A DNA stretch of 64,000 nucleotides from Trichoplax adhaerens (Eukaryota > Animalia > Placozoa), in contig NW_002060944.1 of NCBI RefSeq assembly GCF_000150275.1, forward strand, positions 2,518,152 through 2,582,151, in the 5' to 3' direction. The notes under the pieces are model-generated. The model was not told the DNA's origin and did no database searches. It saw only the letters and a program-made list of their open reading frames with translations. Shown here in pieces: positions 1-13,400 of the stretch. Position 1 is the first letter of the stretch; every line of letters begins with the position of its first letter. The translations under genes were made by a program, and so were the position numbers.

Positions 1-483
1 AAGATATGATTGTATTTGAAGGGAAATCATTGTGTGACGAATTGTATATATAAATCGTGAATATTGCTGTAATAATTCAGATAGTCCAGAGATAGTCTGA
101 TTGCAGTTAGATAAACCGTGAACAGGAGTAGTTGTGAGACGAACCTAATCTTATGCAATAAATTGTAGTTTACAAGAAACTGTAGTTCTTGTTATATTTT
201 TGAAAAGACACTTTATCACAACAGGAATTGGTAATTATACTATTTACTTAAAGTAGTTTTATAAGGCAATACAGCTATAGAAATAATTGCTGCTCTTGTC
301 AAGGTAAATTTATTACATTTACTATAAAGCAGGTATTTAGCAGTTTATATGTTCACTGATTTTTTTGATGTTATTTGGCTATATTGCTGTGATGTGTCGA
401 AGGTACAATTATATGTTAACGGCGCTGATACTATTATTATTAAGAATTGGTATTGACTGAAAAAAATCGTTAGTAGTTCATGA

Positions 484-1818
<1,335 letters not shown>

Positions 1819-2884
1819 AATATGCACTTTATTAACAATATTTAGTTTCGTGCCATAATTTCTTGGCTCTGCAATATTATCTTATCAGCTAGCGACTTTC
1901 GGAGTCAACATTGACTCCGAATGCTATGAAAACCTGTAGTAGAAAGAGATGCAGTACGTGTCATTCTGCATTATATTAAGCTACTATGAAAGTGTCATGC
2001 TTTTATTATCGAATTAGTTGTCGTGTAATCATCAACCACTTGTTTTCTGTCACATTTTCCAGGTATATTTAATAATTGTATGAAGTATTCGACCAAAAAG
2101 TATATTTTAAGATAATCTTTTCTAATGATTATCTTAGTCCTTATTTTACAAGTTCCAATAAGATGCTAGATCTGGTAGATCTCTTGTTAAGGTATTGCTT
2201 ATAGGCAGTAATTTGACCGGAGATGCTTTGAATTATTGTGACCTTTTATACCTGGGCACAATAAATTGACAGCGCTATTATGTAATAGTAGTATTGCTAG
2301 GATCTTTCAGTTGACGACGGAAAGTAACTTAAAAACGAGATTTGGCAATGGTGGCTAAAATCAAATGAATCAACATTACATATTAATTTGATTCAAATCC
2401 ATGAAGCTATAATTTTCAATGTATAACTTTATTCTCAAATTACCAGAATTTTAATATAGCTACGACAATGCATTATTATTTAATGGTTACATATAGTCAG
2501 TGTTTTAAGCGGTAACCGCTGATACCCAAATTATTCGTCATTTGCTGATTTATTATTGGGCACGATATAAGAGCAATAAAGAGATCGTATGCGTGTTAAG
2601 ATACACGCAAGTCAAATTGAAATGTACATTCTTAGAAGGTTGTTGATATAAAAGGTCACGTTACAATCGTCGAGGATGACATAAGTACGTATTATACAGT
2701 ATAGGGAGTGCTATGGACTACTAAATTAGATTTAGTAGTCGATGGGCTACTTTAATACTAAATCATTAAATATACATGACATAAGAATAGCAACTTTCCA
2801 GAGTTGTTTATTCAAAAACGTTGATGCCGCCCAGCCGTGGTAATACATCAAAATTGTCATTTTAGAGATATTTTAACTAATATT

Positions 2885-5800
2885 TCATAGTTTTTGCATA
2901 TTTGATCCAACTTTGCTATGGATTGACTTCAAATAGTCACTTTCACGCAACCAATTCAGTATTTCTACAATATAAAATAAAAGTATGTAACAGTCTAACA
3001 AGGTGACTTCCCTTCAAAACCAAGTGTTAATAACTGCGAATCACCTGTTAGGTTGCGCTGATTATCTTTAGGGACTTTAGCTCTAATTCTGGTCCATTTA
3101 AAAGCCAAAGCCTCTGAAGTGCAAGACCTACATATGAATAACATAAAAGATTGAATTTAGTACTGCGTCGAATATGATAGAAAATACTCTATCATATACC
3201 AGGGCCAATTCTTCGCTATGGTAGCCCAGTCGATGTCATTCTCAGATGTACGGTTCAATTCCGAAATTCTAGAAGATATATTCAAGTACTGCAATCACAT
3301 TCCAACAATTTTTGACTACACAATCTTTCCATAAGGGTTACATGTAAGAGCATAAAATGTTTATTGCTTGGAATTCAATCTATCTACGCTCATATACCTA
3401 AATATTAGCTTAGCGGTATCGAAGTATCCCCATTTTCTTACTTTCCCATTATTATCGCAATTAGTTGCATTTTGGTTGCTGAACAGCCTTGATATCAATA
3501 AATGACAGGTTAATTTTTAAATCTCTAGTGACTTTCGTGGTAGTTTTAAACATACAAAAGTATTTATTGACGTTTAACAACATACCATCTAGATCTACAC
3601 TGATTTGCATTACGTGTTCCCAAATCTTTCGCGACTTGAGACCAGGGGATGCGGCATGGTCCGGAATTATTTTCGGTATGTTTCAAGACGATAGATCGTA
3701 GCTTATTGTCTTCATCTTTACTCCATTTACCTAATCGTTTTCATATCCATTATAAGATGGTTATTAGTTAGTTCATTTATTTTAATGAATTTTATGTTGA
3801 AATAATAAGCAATTGCTGATGAATTCCACAGAACCTGTATTGCATGCCATACTTTTCTGTTCCAAATATCTGATTTTGTGTTCTACCCAAATATTCGATT
3901 GGCCGATAGCCTTAGCAATAGTTTTCCAGTCGTTACCATGAATGGCATATAAACTTGATTATAAAATTTAAAAACTAAGAGATCGCTACATGTGCAATTT
4001 ATAATTCAGCTAGATACCTATGGCTTACCTATGTAATTGCACCATTTCTTCCGACGAAATCCTGTAATGCAAACATGAAACACTTGAAATAAGATCACTA
4101 AACTTTGTCGAACTTTAACCATGCTATACTGCGTACATAAATGTAGAAATGTATGTTATATAAAATTAGTCAGATTAACGTACGGTTTTCCATAAGATGG
4201 GTGATAAATTCTTAAAATGTGTCTGTATGCGGCATGCAATTCACGACAAATTCCCTGAGCTGTATAGAAATAAAAACAACTGGATGAGGATCAGTATATT
4301 TTAACGAGTGAAATTTAACAGCAATATTGGATAGGCAATAGAAGCTATTGTAAGACATGAAAGATGGCAAGGTAATCTTGGTTAAGAATTTTCTAACAGA
4401 ATTACCAAAATAGCGATACATTTCTGCTTTCGATGTCGGGGCGTCTTTCCTGTTACAAAATAGTAATTTCTCGCGATCTTGAATCCCATACTCCTGTAGT
4501 ATACGTGTTATCGTATTTCAGTTCAGCAAGACGTAAAATAAGATTGTTCGTAATCCTTAGCAAATATGACCTTTCTAGCTGTGTTGATTACATAACTGTT
4601 TACTAAAATGAGCAGCCATTATGGTTTGGCTATATTTTAGGCATGGAAAAGGCTGAACATGTGCACGGATACAGACTTGAAGATTACACTATTTTTTCTT
4701 TTATTATTTTATCTATCATTAAGTATAGCATGAATTATAGAAACATAAGACCGGTTGCTTAGCTACCTTCATATAACGGTTAATATTTGCTTCGATTAAT
4801 TCGTTTTCCTCTCTAGTCCATTTGCCATTCATTACAGATATACCTGCAATAGACAATAACAACAATCAATCAGGCTGCTGTTGACCAAGAAAGTTGCGCT
4901 GTACTGTATAGAATAAACTCGAAGAATTCTTTTAAAGGCGAATGAATTATACCATATGCACCTATGTATATTAGAATATGAAATTGATACATAGCTACAA
5001 ATTTGGATTAGTGGTGACGCTACTTTACCTTTCTCTTCTAAATCTTTCATTTTTTCCTTAGATATCCTCCACTCAGCATGTATAACATCGCTTGCGTCTA
5101 TATCAGATGGCGCATTGCTAGTCGTAGAACAGGACTTACTGAAATGATTGGAAGTCTTTAATCTTTTGCTACTGGGACTTTTAACACTATCTGATTGTCT
5201 ATCGTTACTTTTTTCTGGATCAGTATTTGAGGTGTTGATTATCACCGACATATCAGTGGGTGCGTTGGTTTTATGATCTTTGTGTTTACGCTTCTTCTTT
5301 CGCTTCGCTCCGACTTCTACCTGAGGGAATTGAGATTTCTTGTGTTTGTTCTTCAATACATTTTGGATGAGGACCTGCTTTTCTTTAGGTATTGGATTTG
5401 CTGCATCATCATTGCTTTCTTTGCTATAGCCTTCTTCAACAATTTCTGTTTTGGAATATTTTTTACTGTGTTTCCTAATGTGCCGCCTTTCTTTATGTCC
5501 TTAAAATCATCAAATAGCATAGATAATTGTCATTCTTCAGCACTTGCTAGCACTAAAACTTATTAACTAAATGATATAAAAGTTGTTAATCAACTATCTA
5601 AGATGGTAGGGTCTACCGAGTTTGTAAGTGCTATTATTGCTGTCCAAATTTATCTTTACACACTGCGATAACATACTGTACAGTATGACTGGAGGACAGC
5701 CATTTTTAATGAAGCTTTGCTGATATTGTATGTTGGATCATTTTAACTAAGATGCCGATGCAGATTAGCTCGAACGCTTGACATACGCGTGCATGCAGTA

Positions 5801-6369
5801 TTCGAGGGTACAATGAGGGTACTGTGCCATAAATGCACGTGCACCATAAAATTACTATTAATAAACTGTAAAATGTAATTACGCATTGGAAACCCAATAG
5901 CACGATAAACTGCAATATTGATCTGCGTAGGGAAATTACTGATATTGTTGCAAAGCGTCAATATCGAATTTAATTTGGACTTTTGTACACAGTAGCAAAA
6001 TTGCTAACAATGAATGAATTCATATTAATAATATATAATATAATATAATCAGTAATATAGGCAGATATGAGGTTACCATAAGCTTAGCTATCCAATTGTA
6101 GTGAAATAATTAAGGAGTTGTCATAAAAGGAGTCAACGATGAAATTGATTTGACCAAGTATGTATTACATTGCAACCAACGACAGACAGCCTTGTAAAAG
6201 GCCAGGCAGGGTAATGGAGCATATAATATGAAATTTTCTTACCGCTTCTCTTGTGCCTTTTCCTTTTCCTATCGACTACTTCATTTTGATTGCGTTTCCT
6301 ATCATCACCGTTATTAGTGCTTTCATTCAATTTTGCAATGTCGCTATTTTTCGTACTAACATTATCCAT
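2885..6369 (-). CDS. Myb/SANT-repeat DNA-binding protein of the TTF1 (RNA Pol I termination factor)/DMTF1/Reb1 family, with a Lys-rich N-terminus
   Basis: About 11 exons (approx. 6242-6369, 5028-5499, 4767-4843, 4396-4494, 4184-4254, 4030-4062, 3835-3954, 3586-3730, 3398-3487, 3200-3268, 3045-3128, 2885-2965). They give Myb repeats GKWTREENELIEANI, LYAIHGNDWKTIAKAIG, GKWSKDEDNKLRSIV..IPWSQVAKDLGTRNANQCRSRW and DIDWATIAKNWP..KWTRIR. The N-terminus has KRKKKRKHK-type basic tracts. TTF1 versus DMTF1 orthology cannot be resolved by eye. Confidence 0.85.
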
Positions 6370-6602
6370 GACGCCACCAAAACTTGACCGGAGAATGCTA
6401 CGACCTGAGCTGGATCGGTCATAGAACGTAAAATGAGCAGGTGTGACTGCAAGTAAACTAACGCAGACGTTTTAACGTTACGGTATGAATTCCGGTACGT
6501 TATGAACTTATGATTGTAAATTAATTAATTAATAATTATTATTATTATTACTACTGTAGAAAAATGCAGTAACACAACCTTCCACGATGGAGCTTAGGAT
6601 AT

Positions 6603-7325
6603 TGTACAGTAGTATATACTGTACAGTACAGTGTACACTTCGACGGTTTAGTACTGTACACTGTACACTATGTGCTTCTGGTCAAAATGACCAATTTTCT
6701 GCTACTCTTAACAGTACGGTATAGTCCAGTACCAGATTGTTTTTATATTTCAACTGATACTGTTCACCCGTACCACTAAAGTATGACCTTAGTAGTACAG
6801 TACATTATTGTACGGTATTACAGTATGATTCAAGTGAACCATTGAAGGTCACATTTCCAGTTACTGTACAGTACTGTAGTCCAGTCATGGTCGCGGTCTT
6901 GTGATATTTCAACTGATGCCTTCACCCGTACCACTAAAGTATGACCTTCGCAATACAGTACACAGTACTGTGCACTGTACTGTACTGCACGGTAAGATGA
7001 TTCGAGTGAACCATTGAAGGTCACATTTCCACTTACAGTACAGTACAGTACAGTACTGTACTGTAGTCCTCTGTGCAGTACTGTACTGTACTGTACTGTA
7101 CAGTACTGTACAGTAGTCCTCTGTACTGTACTGTACAAGATGGATGTCTGTACTGTACAGTACAGTACAGTATTGTAATTTCGTAACCACTGTCCTGCCC
7201 GGCGTCGCATTTCACTACAGGCTACTTGCATTCGAAATTCGCTACAGGACCTGCCGACTTACAAAACGGTCTTTTATACTGTACAGTACAGTATAACGTA
7301 CCCTGCACGATACTTTACTGTACAG
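6603..7325. repeat. (GTAC-W)n pentamer array (TACTG/CAGTA units in both orientations) in the divergent promoter between the Myb gene and TPC1
   Basis: Runs such as cagtacagtacagtacagtactgtactgtag and gtactgtactgtactgtactgtacagtactgtacagtag at 7036-7170; spurious YCTV/YSTV ORFs in the track arise from it. Confidence 0.9.
6722..7035 (+). repeat. Two-copy tandem duplication, period ~157 bp, embedded in the GTAC array
   Basis: Blocks tagtccagt, atatttcaactgat..ttcacccgtaccactaaagtatgacctt and atgattcRagtgaaccattgaaggtcacatttcca each occur twice in the same order. Confidence 0.9.
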
Positions 7326-7457
7326 TGGACGCCAAACACGTACGGTATTTTGATGAGTTATTCGATGAGTCCAATAGCAACCTTGTACACTCCGTTGAAA
7401 ACCTTTTCTTTTTAGTTTCCAAGTTTTGACCAACGATAGTAGCGTTCGGCTTTAGCG

Positions 7458-10400
7458 ATGGATAAAGTAAGCAAATCGTTAAGTCGTGCACTTGGCGGAG
7501 AATCTGCTTTTAAACGAGAGGGAAAAGCTGCTGCTAAGGAAGGTGCTGTCATGATAATGATACGATCGTACAGTATAGACACTTTATATTAATCAGCTTC
7601 AGTGATGAGGTTATAACTATTTTTTCCACCCGACTTACATACTGTACGTACTGTACGGTAGTACACGCCACAAGAGGATACTGATTTTGGATTTTAAAAC
7701 GCCAACTCTTGTAAAAATTTTCAGTGCTGTACATTACTTAAGTATGATAGCGTAATATCATTTTTTCTAATTTCTATAATTACTTTATGAGTATACGTTA
7801 GGTCATTCCATTAATTAGGTTAACTATTCGTATTTTATCGCCAGTAATTATTGTGGCTATCAATGTCTACTAGCAGTTTAGCTTGCCTTCACAAATGATA
7901 TTGGTATCTGCTAATGACACACTAAATAACTTCACAAACAATTAGTAATCATTCTTAACTGTAAAAGTTTATAGCTTCTGGCCAGTCTTAATGTAACACC
8001 ATCACTATACAATGGTATATCATAATTATTAATATATCTTATCGTATTTTCTAGGATTTTAATTTTTTTTAACGAGGTTTTTGAAATCAATCAAAGACCA
8101 AATGTATGTTGTATTCGACAATGTAATACTTTTTTAAATTACTTTTACGCATCTATTTTCAAAGCTCTACGCATGCATTTAATGCATTTTAACATAGATA
8201 ATTTCTTTAGTGCCTTTTTTCGTTTTAAATTTTCGAGTGGTCTAAGCGAATCTTTAAAGTTACGAAATAATTTTCACTCGATTCGCTGCTTTTGTACGAT
8301 ATGTTATCATCTGATGGTACTTGCCGTACATGCTTGGTATTAAATTCGATTCGTGAATCGTCATTATATTCGCTTTGAAATCATTACATATCTGTAAAAG
8401 TAAAATTTAAATCTTATGACACATGGTAGACAGTGCAGCACAACTTTATATCCAGTACTTTGTACTCGTATAGATCTCAATGAAATAGCTCACACGACTG
8501 CACTACCTTATAGCGCTCAACTATCGCTGGAAACGCTAGTCAGCTTATCCAGCACCACAGGTGTGGTGATGAGGAGTGCCCTCGTAAATACATCTCGTAC
8601 TTTGCGTTTCTATCTAAGTGCGATGCTTTCGTTTGCCGATAGTATACGTATTTTGGAAGTTGATTAATGCAAAAGAATCATACTGTACAATTATAAGGCT
8701 GATGAGATTAGCGGATGCATTCTGAATTAGTCAATGAACTGTGCTACGCATACTGTAATTATAATTCTAGAATAGCTTGAACTTACAAAATTGTACAATT
8801 TTAATACTCTATTTACCTTGTTGACTAGCTAAAATGATGATATATCACTTACATAAAAATAGAGCAAGTTTCAGCAAATTATTGTCATGTTTATATATGA
8901 TTCTGCCACGGATCGAAATTTACTTTGTCTTCTAGTAGTCAACGGTAATTTTACAAAGCGCCACAGTCCGTTCAAGCCACAGAGTTGAAAATCGATGCGT
9001 ACCGTGTACTGTTTAACCGTGGACATGATTCAATTGGACGTTTAATGTGTAGTAATTATGCACGTTAGTAACGGATCAATTCGATTAGACTATGTTACAC
9101 ATTGATATGAAAAAAATTACCTTAATTAGTAGTAGCAATGAGCAGCTATTGATTGCCCTTAATCGTGACGGTAATATTGTAAATTTTGTAACCAGGGAGG
9201 GATAACCAACGATGTTTAGCGACACGATAAACGTTACACGTATCCTAATAATAGGATTCCATGTTTATGGTATACCTACAATTTTACGAAGTCGTTGTCT
9301 ATTTTGTCTACCGCCTCAGTTGAGGGCATTTACGTATTCTTTTTATCACCACTCTCAATTAAACTGGTTATGGCTCTACAGTACATGTGATAGAAATAAA
9401 TATCAAAGCTTCTCTAGCGATAAAGTGCTTATCGTGCATATAACTACAAAGCTGATATCTTGATCATAACATTTTAATTTACTGGTTATAGTAAATTTTT
9501 CAGATTTAAACTATTGCTACAAAAATTACTAGTCTGGTTAGTATCATTCGCGAAGCATTTATGAGAGAGATTATCTCAGACAGTCGAAATTTTAAGCTAT
9601 CGGGCTAGGATTGGCTAAGTTTTGAATAGAATACTCGTAAGCTTAGTTGTATCGTATTAAGGTTGTTCACAATTACCAACGAGTATGTTACCAGGATCAT
9701 TACAGCTGTTCTATTACGATTAGGAGATAGCTGCCGTTATATGATACAGTATATCAACTATTTCTAATTTTATATTTCCGTAAAGATTTATATTATACTC
9801 TAGTAGTGTGTGTGTAGGATTAAACTTGAAGGTAGTTTGAAGTAATCAATGAAAACGCAATTTTTCTATCAGCATTGTTTATTCTGTTTAGTCGCTTAAT
9901 CAGCTTTGCTATAAATCAGTTATTTTTTCATAAGTGACGCACTTGAACCAGTATTCAAAACTCGATTACGAGTATGTTATTTATTTATTGTATCGTACCG
10001 ATTTCTATGAATGGGTTGCATGATCTATAGTAATGTTTCTATAACTAACTCTTCTTTATGATAATAAATTAATAAGAGCCTATTGTTGTTACTGAAAAGA
10101 AATAAGTAAATTCGTTTGTACGCCGTACAATTGCATTGCATCGTTACACTATACTATACAATATACTATCCAAATGAATGTATGTCAACGTTCTTATCTT
10201 GATAAATAAGCTGAACTCATTAAATTACATGTACAGTACAGTTGTTTGCGTTCATTTTTGTTTGGACGTCCCTTTATTATGATTTAAATTTATGATCTGA
10301 ACGTGGTGCTACATCCTGTAATCATACTGTAACCAACCTGAACAATGTGATCATTAATCTTATTTCCAAGTAACGCAATTCTAGTAATCGTTTATACTCT

Positions 10401-13400
10401 ATTTCATTACTATGTTATTCATTTAATCGTTACAGTTTTACACTATCATATCTACAGCTGTACACTGTGACTGTGGTGTATTCTTCATGTCCAATATTCA
10501 GCTGTATCGTTTACATAACGACCTTTTATTTATTAATTAATTATTGTACGGTACATTGCTGTCGTTTCAAATAATTGACAGTGATACGGTATTGATCACA
10601 AGTAATACTTGATTATGTAGATGTTGCTTATTTCTGTAATCACTTATGTGACGAGACGATGTTCTGTAAACTAAAATATGACCGGATTTGATCTCAATTT
10701 AATGATTACTTTTTAATGTTTATGATTACTTCGTAACATAATTAATAGATACAATTAACGAGGTAGTTTCTGTTATTTGAATTGTCGTTTCGATTATACA
10801 GCTACTATACCTTTTGGAGCTCTTGAGAACTTGATCTTGAGTACAAGCTGTTATTGATCTTATTTTTGATGTTATTTTAATGTGCTGCAAAATAGTTTAT
10901 CTTGAGTGATACAGTACAAGTAAACTTCTAATTTTAATATCTAGAATAACACTTACATGATTGTTACAGATAATAATATATCGTGTTAACTTGCCATTGC
11001 ATTGTTATATAAAATCTTTCTCTCAATACGTAGTCATGTAAAATACTCACGTTATAATATTCCATACGTTCATATTACTATCTAAACGATGATTATCTAT
11101 TAAGAGTATTTATTTCATTTTCTCCAGAACGTGATCTTTTCTATACTCTTACGGATGAAGACTTTGAGGAGACCAACGATGATAACCTTAAGTGGCGTTA
11201 CAAAGAAGCTGCAATCTACATTAACGAGGGGGCTTCCGGTGCAAATTTCGATCGTCATCCAGCTACTCCTAAAGCTATAAACGCTTACATGTAATTATTA
11301 CGTATTCTATTTATACATTTATGATATGAGTACTGAATCCAAGAAACTATTAATGAGTTAAATATCGTTCTTTCATAGTCTATGCAAATTATTACATTGA
11401 TACGATGCGCATATTTACTGATGGATTTGAATTTAAAATACCTTTCTTTACACACTTTTTAAAATTTTAAACATTTAGAAAGCTTTAAATAGTTGTAGTA
11501 AATACTTTAAAAGAGACCTGTAATATTTGTATGCATATATTCTAATATTGCATGGACAATTACTAATTATAATATAATTTAATAGGCTTGTCCATAATAC
11601 ATGGCTGCGACTGGCTGATTTACTTGTTTGCATAATCATACTAGTAATGGCATTCTTTGAAAGACCTTCTGGTAAATTGAAATTATTACATCTAGATTGT
11701 CAATTTTAACAATTTTAAAACAATAAAAAGTTAAAATCTAGTAACACAATCGCATTAAAACACCAAAGTATTATTATAACTGCTCGTTATCATTTTGTAT
11801 ATTTATTTGATTATGATACTTAAATTAGCTTAAATTATTAATTTTCTCTTTCAATATTCGTAGTAAATCCAGACTATAATAATAACAGAACGAGAATTAT
11901 TATAACAGCGAGTATTGAATTGGTCTGCTATATCTTTTTACTGATTGGGGGATGGATCAGATATCGATTGATAGGCTGGAAAGGAATTTTCAAAGAAAAG
12001 AGGAGCATGATGGTTATAAATTGAAATTTTCTTAACTACATTTATAATCTCGAATATTGGTAAAGACTGCTTTCATTAAAAGTGCCTAATATGTTGTTGT
12101 TTATTTGTCTTTCTATTCTCCTATAGTACGTATTCATATTTTTATCACTGATTGATGCCATGCTCGTGCTTGTTCTGCCGTATCAGTTTTACCGATTCTC
12201 AAGACCATTTCGGCCAATCTATATTATTAATAATCATTACAGTTCTGGTACAAGAAGGTGCATATATCGCCATTTGTAATTTTTATTTCTAAGTATTAAA
12301 TATTAGTTAAATATATGGTAAATAAAAGTGCGTATCATATTCTTACTCTAATTTTCTTTTACTCGTAAATGAATAGGGTTATATTAGATATTTTAAGATC
12401 AGCTTCGGAAATTATTGATGTTTTCATGATGACCATTACTTTCATCTTTGTCTTTTCCTTGCTTGGTGAGAGAATTTTTATCATCCTTTATATTGTTAAT
12501 AGTTATAGTTATAATTATATATTCTTGACAGCAGTGATAATACCAGTTACAGTATTTAGTTTTAAAAATTATGTGTATTACTTAAATATAATTCACTGAA
12601 TTGTTTTTGTGATGTAGGATTTTACTTATTTTTTAATCCTCAACCGGGACAGTACGTTCAACTCGATCAAGACTGGTATTTTAGAGAGTTGGGCATAAGC
12701 TTTGTCAGTTTCTTCATCTGCTTGACTACAGCTAAGTATGACGAAATTAATGCGGTAAACTTTGATTATACTTCCGGTAGCTGAAAATTTGGTTAAAAAA
12801 TTTTCGTATTCATTTTTCTACTTACCAGTTTTCCAGATGCTATGCTTCCGGCTTACAAAACAATAGGTCATTCAGCGACGATCTACTTCATAATTTTCTG
12901 TCTTATTGGAATATACTTCTTGCAAAATTTGGTATGTATCGATGACTAATTTAAAATCAGCCATTAAGACCTAGTAAACCCAGTTGAAACTACAGTATAT
13001 AGAGCATTCTTACCGAATAGTAAAATGAACTTGTCTGCCGCGGAATTGATTATTTCGATTTTATCATTGCTATCATACAGTTTCTGGCTGCAATCTATTC
13101 GTCATTCAATGAGAATTCTAAGTATCAGTTCAAGAAAATTCTTTTAGGTACAAGAAAAGGGTTACGCTTGGCATTTAATCTAATTGATTCCGATCAAATT
13201 GGACGCATAAGTTTTAGAGACTTTAGAGGTTATTTCGCTTAAATTGGGATTATCGAGTTAATTACCCGATGCATTTTAACTAATTTTTATTATAGTTAAA
13301 CTTTTTTAAAAGTCCCATGTCCTTACAAACCTAGGTATTATGAAATACTATTCAAGCAGTACTCCCTTGCGAGATCTGGTCTTAATGTTTAAGATTATGG

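Noticed and set aside
5273-5566. Hydrophobic + strand ORFs (also 50946-51242, 52614-52850, 55341-55529)
   Set aside because: Antisense shadows of Lys/Glu/Gln-rich exons on the - strand.
6722-7035. CRISPR-like repeat/spacer appearance
   Set aside because: Only two copies of each block, the 'spacers' are microsatellite, the context is eukaryotic and there are no cas genes.
6830-7433. Overlapping ORFs rich in YCTV/YSTV/QYST (also 62812-63673 and 24307-24492)
   Set aside because: They are translations of the stop-poor GTAC pentamer arrays in several frames and on both strands, with no splice or homology support.
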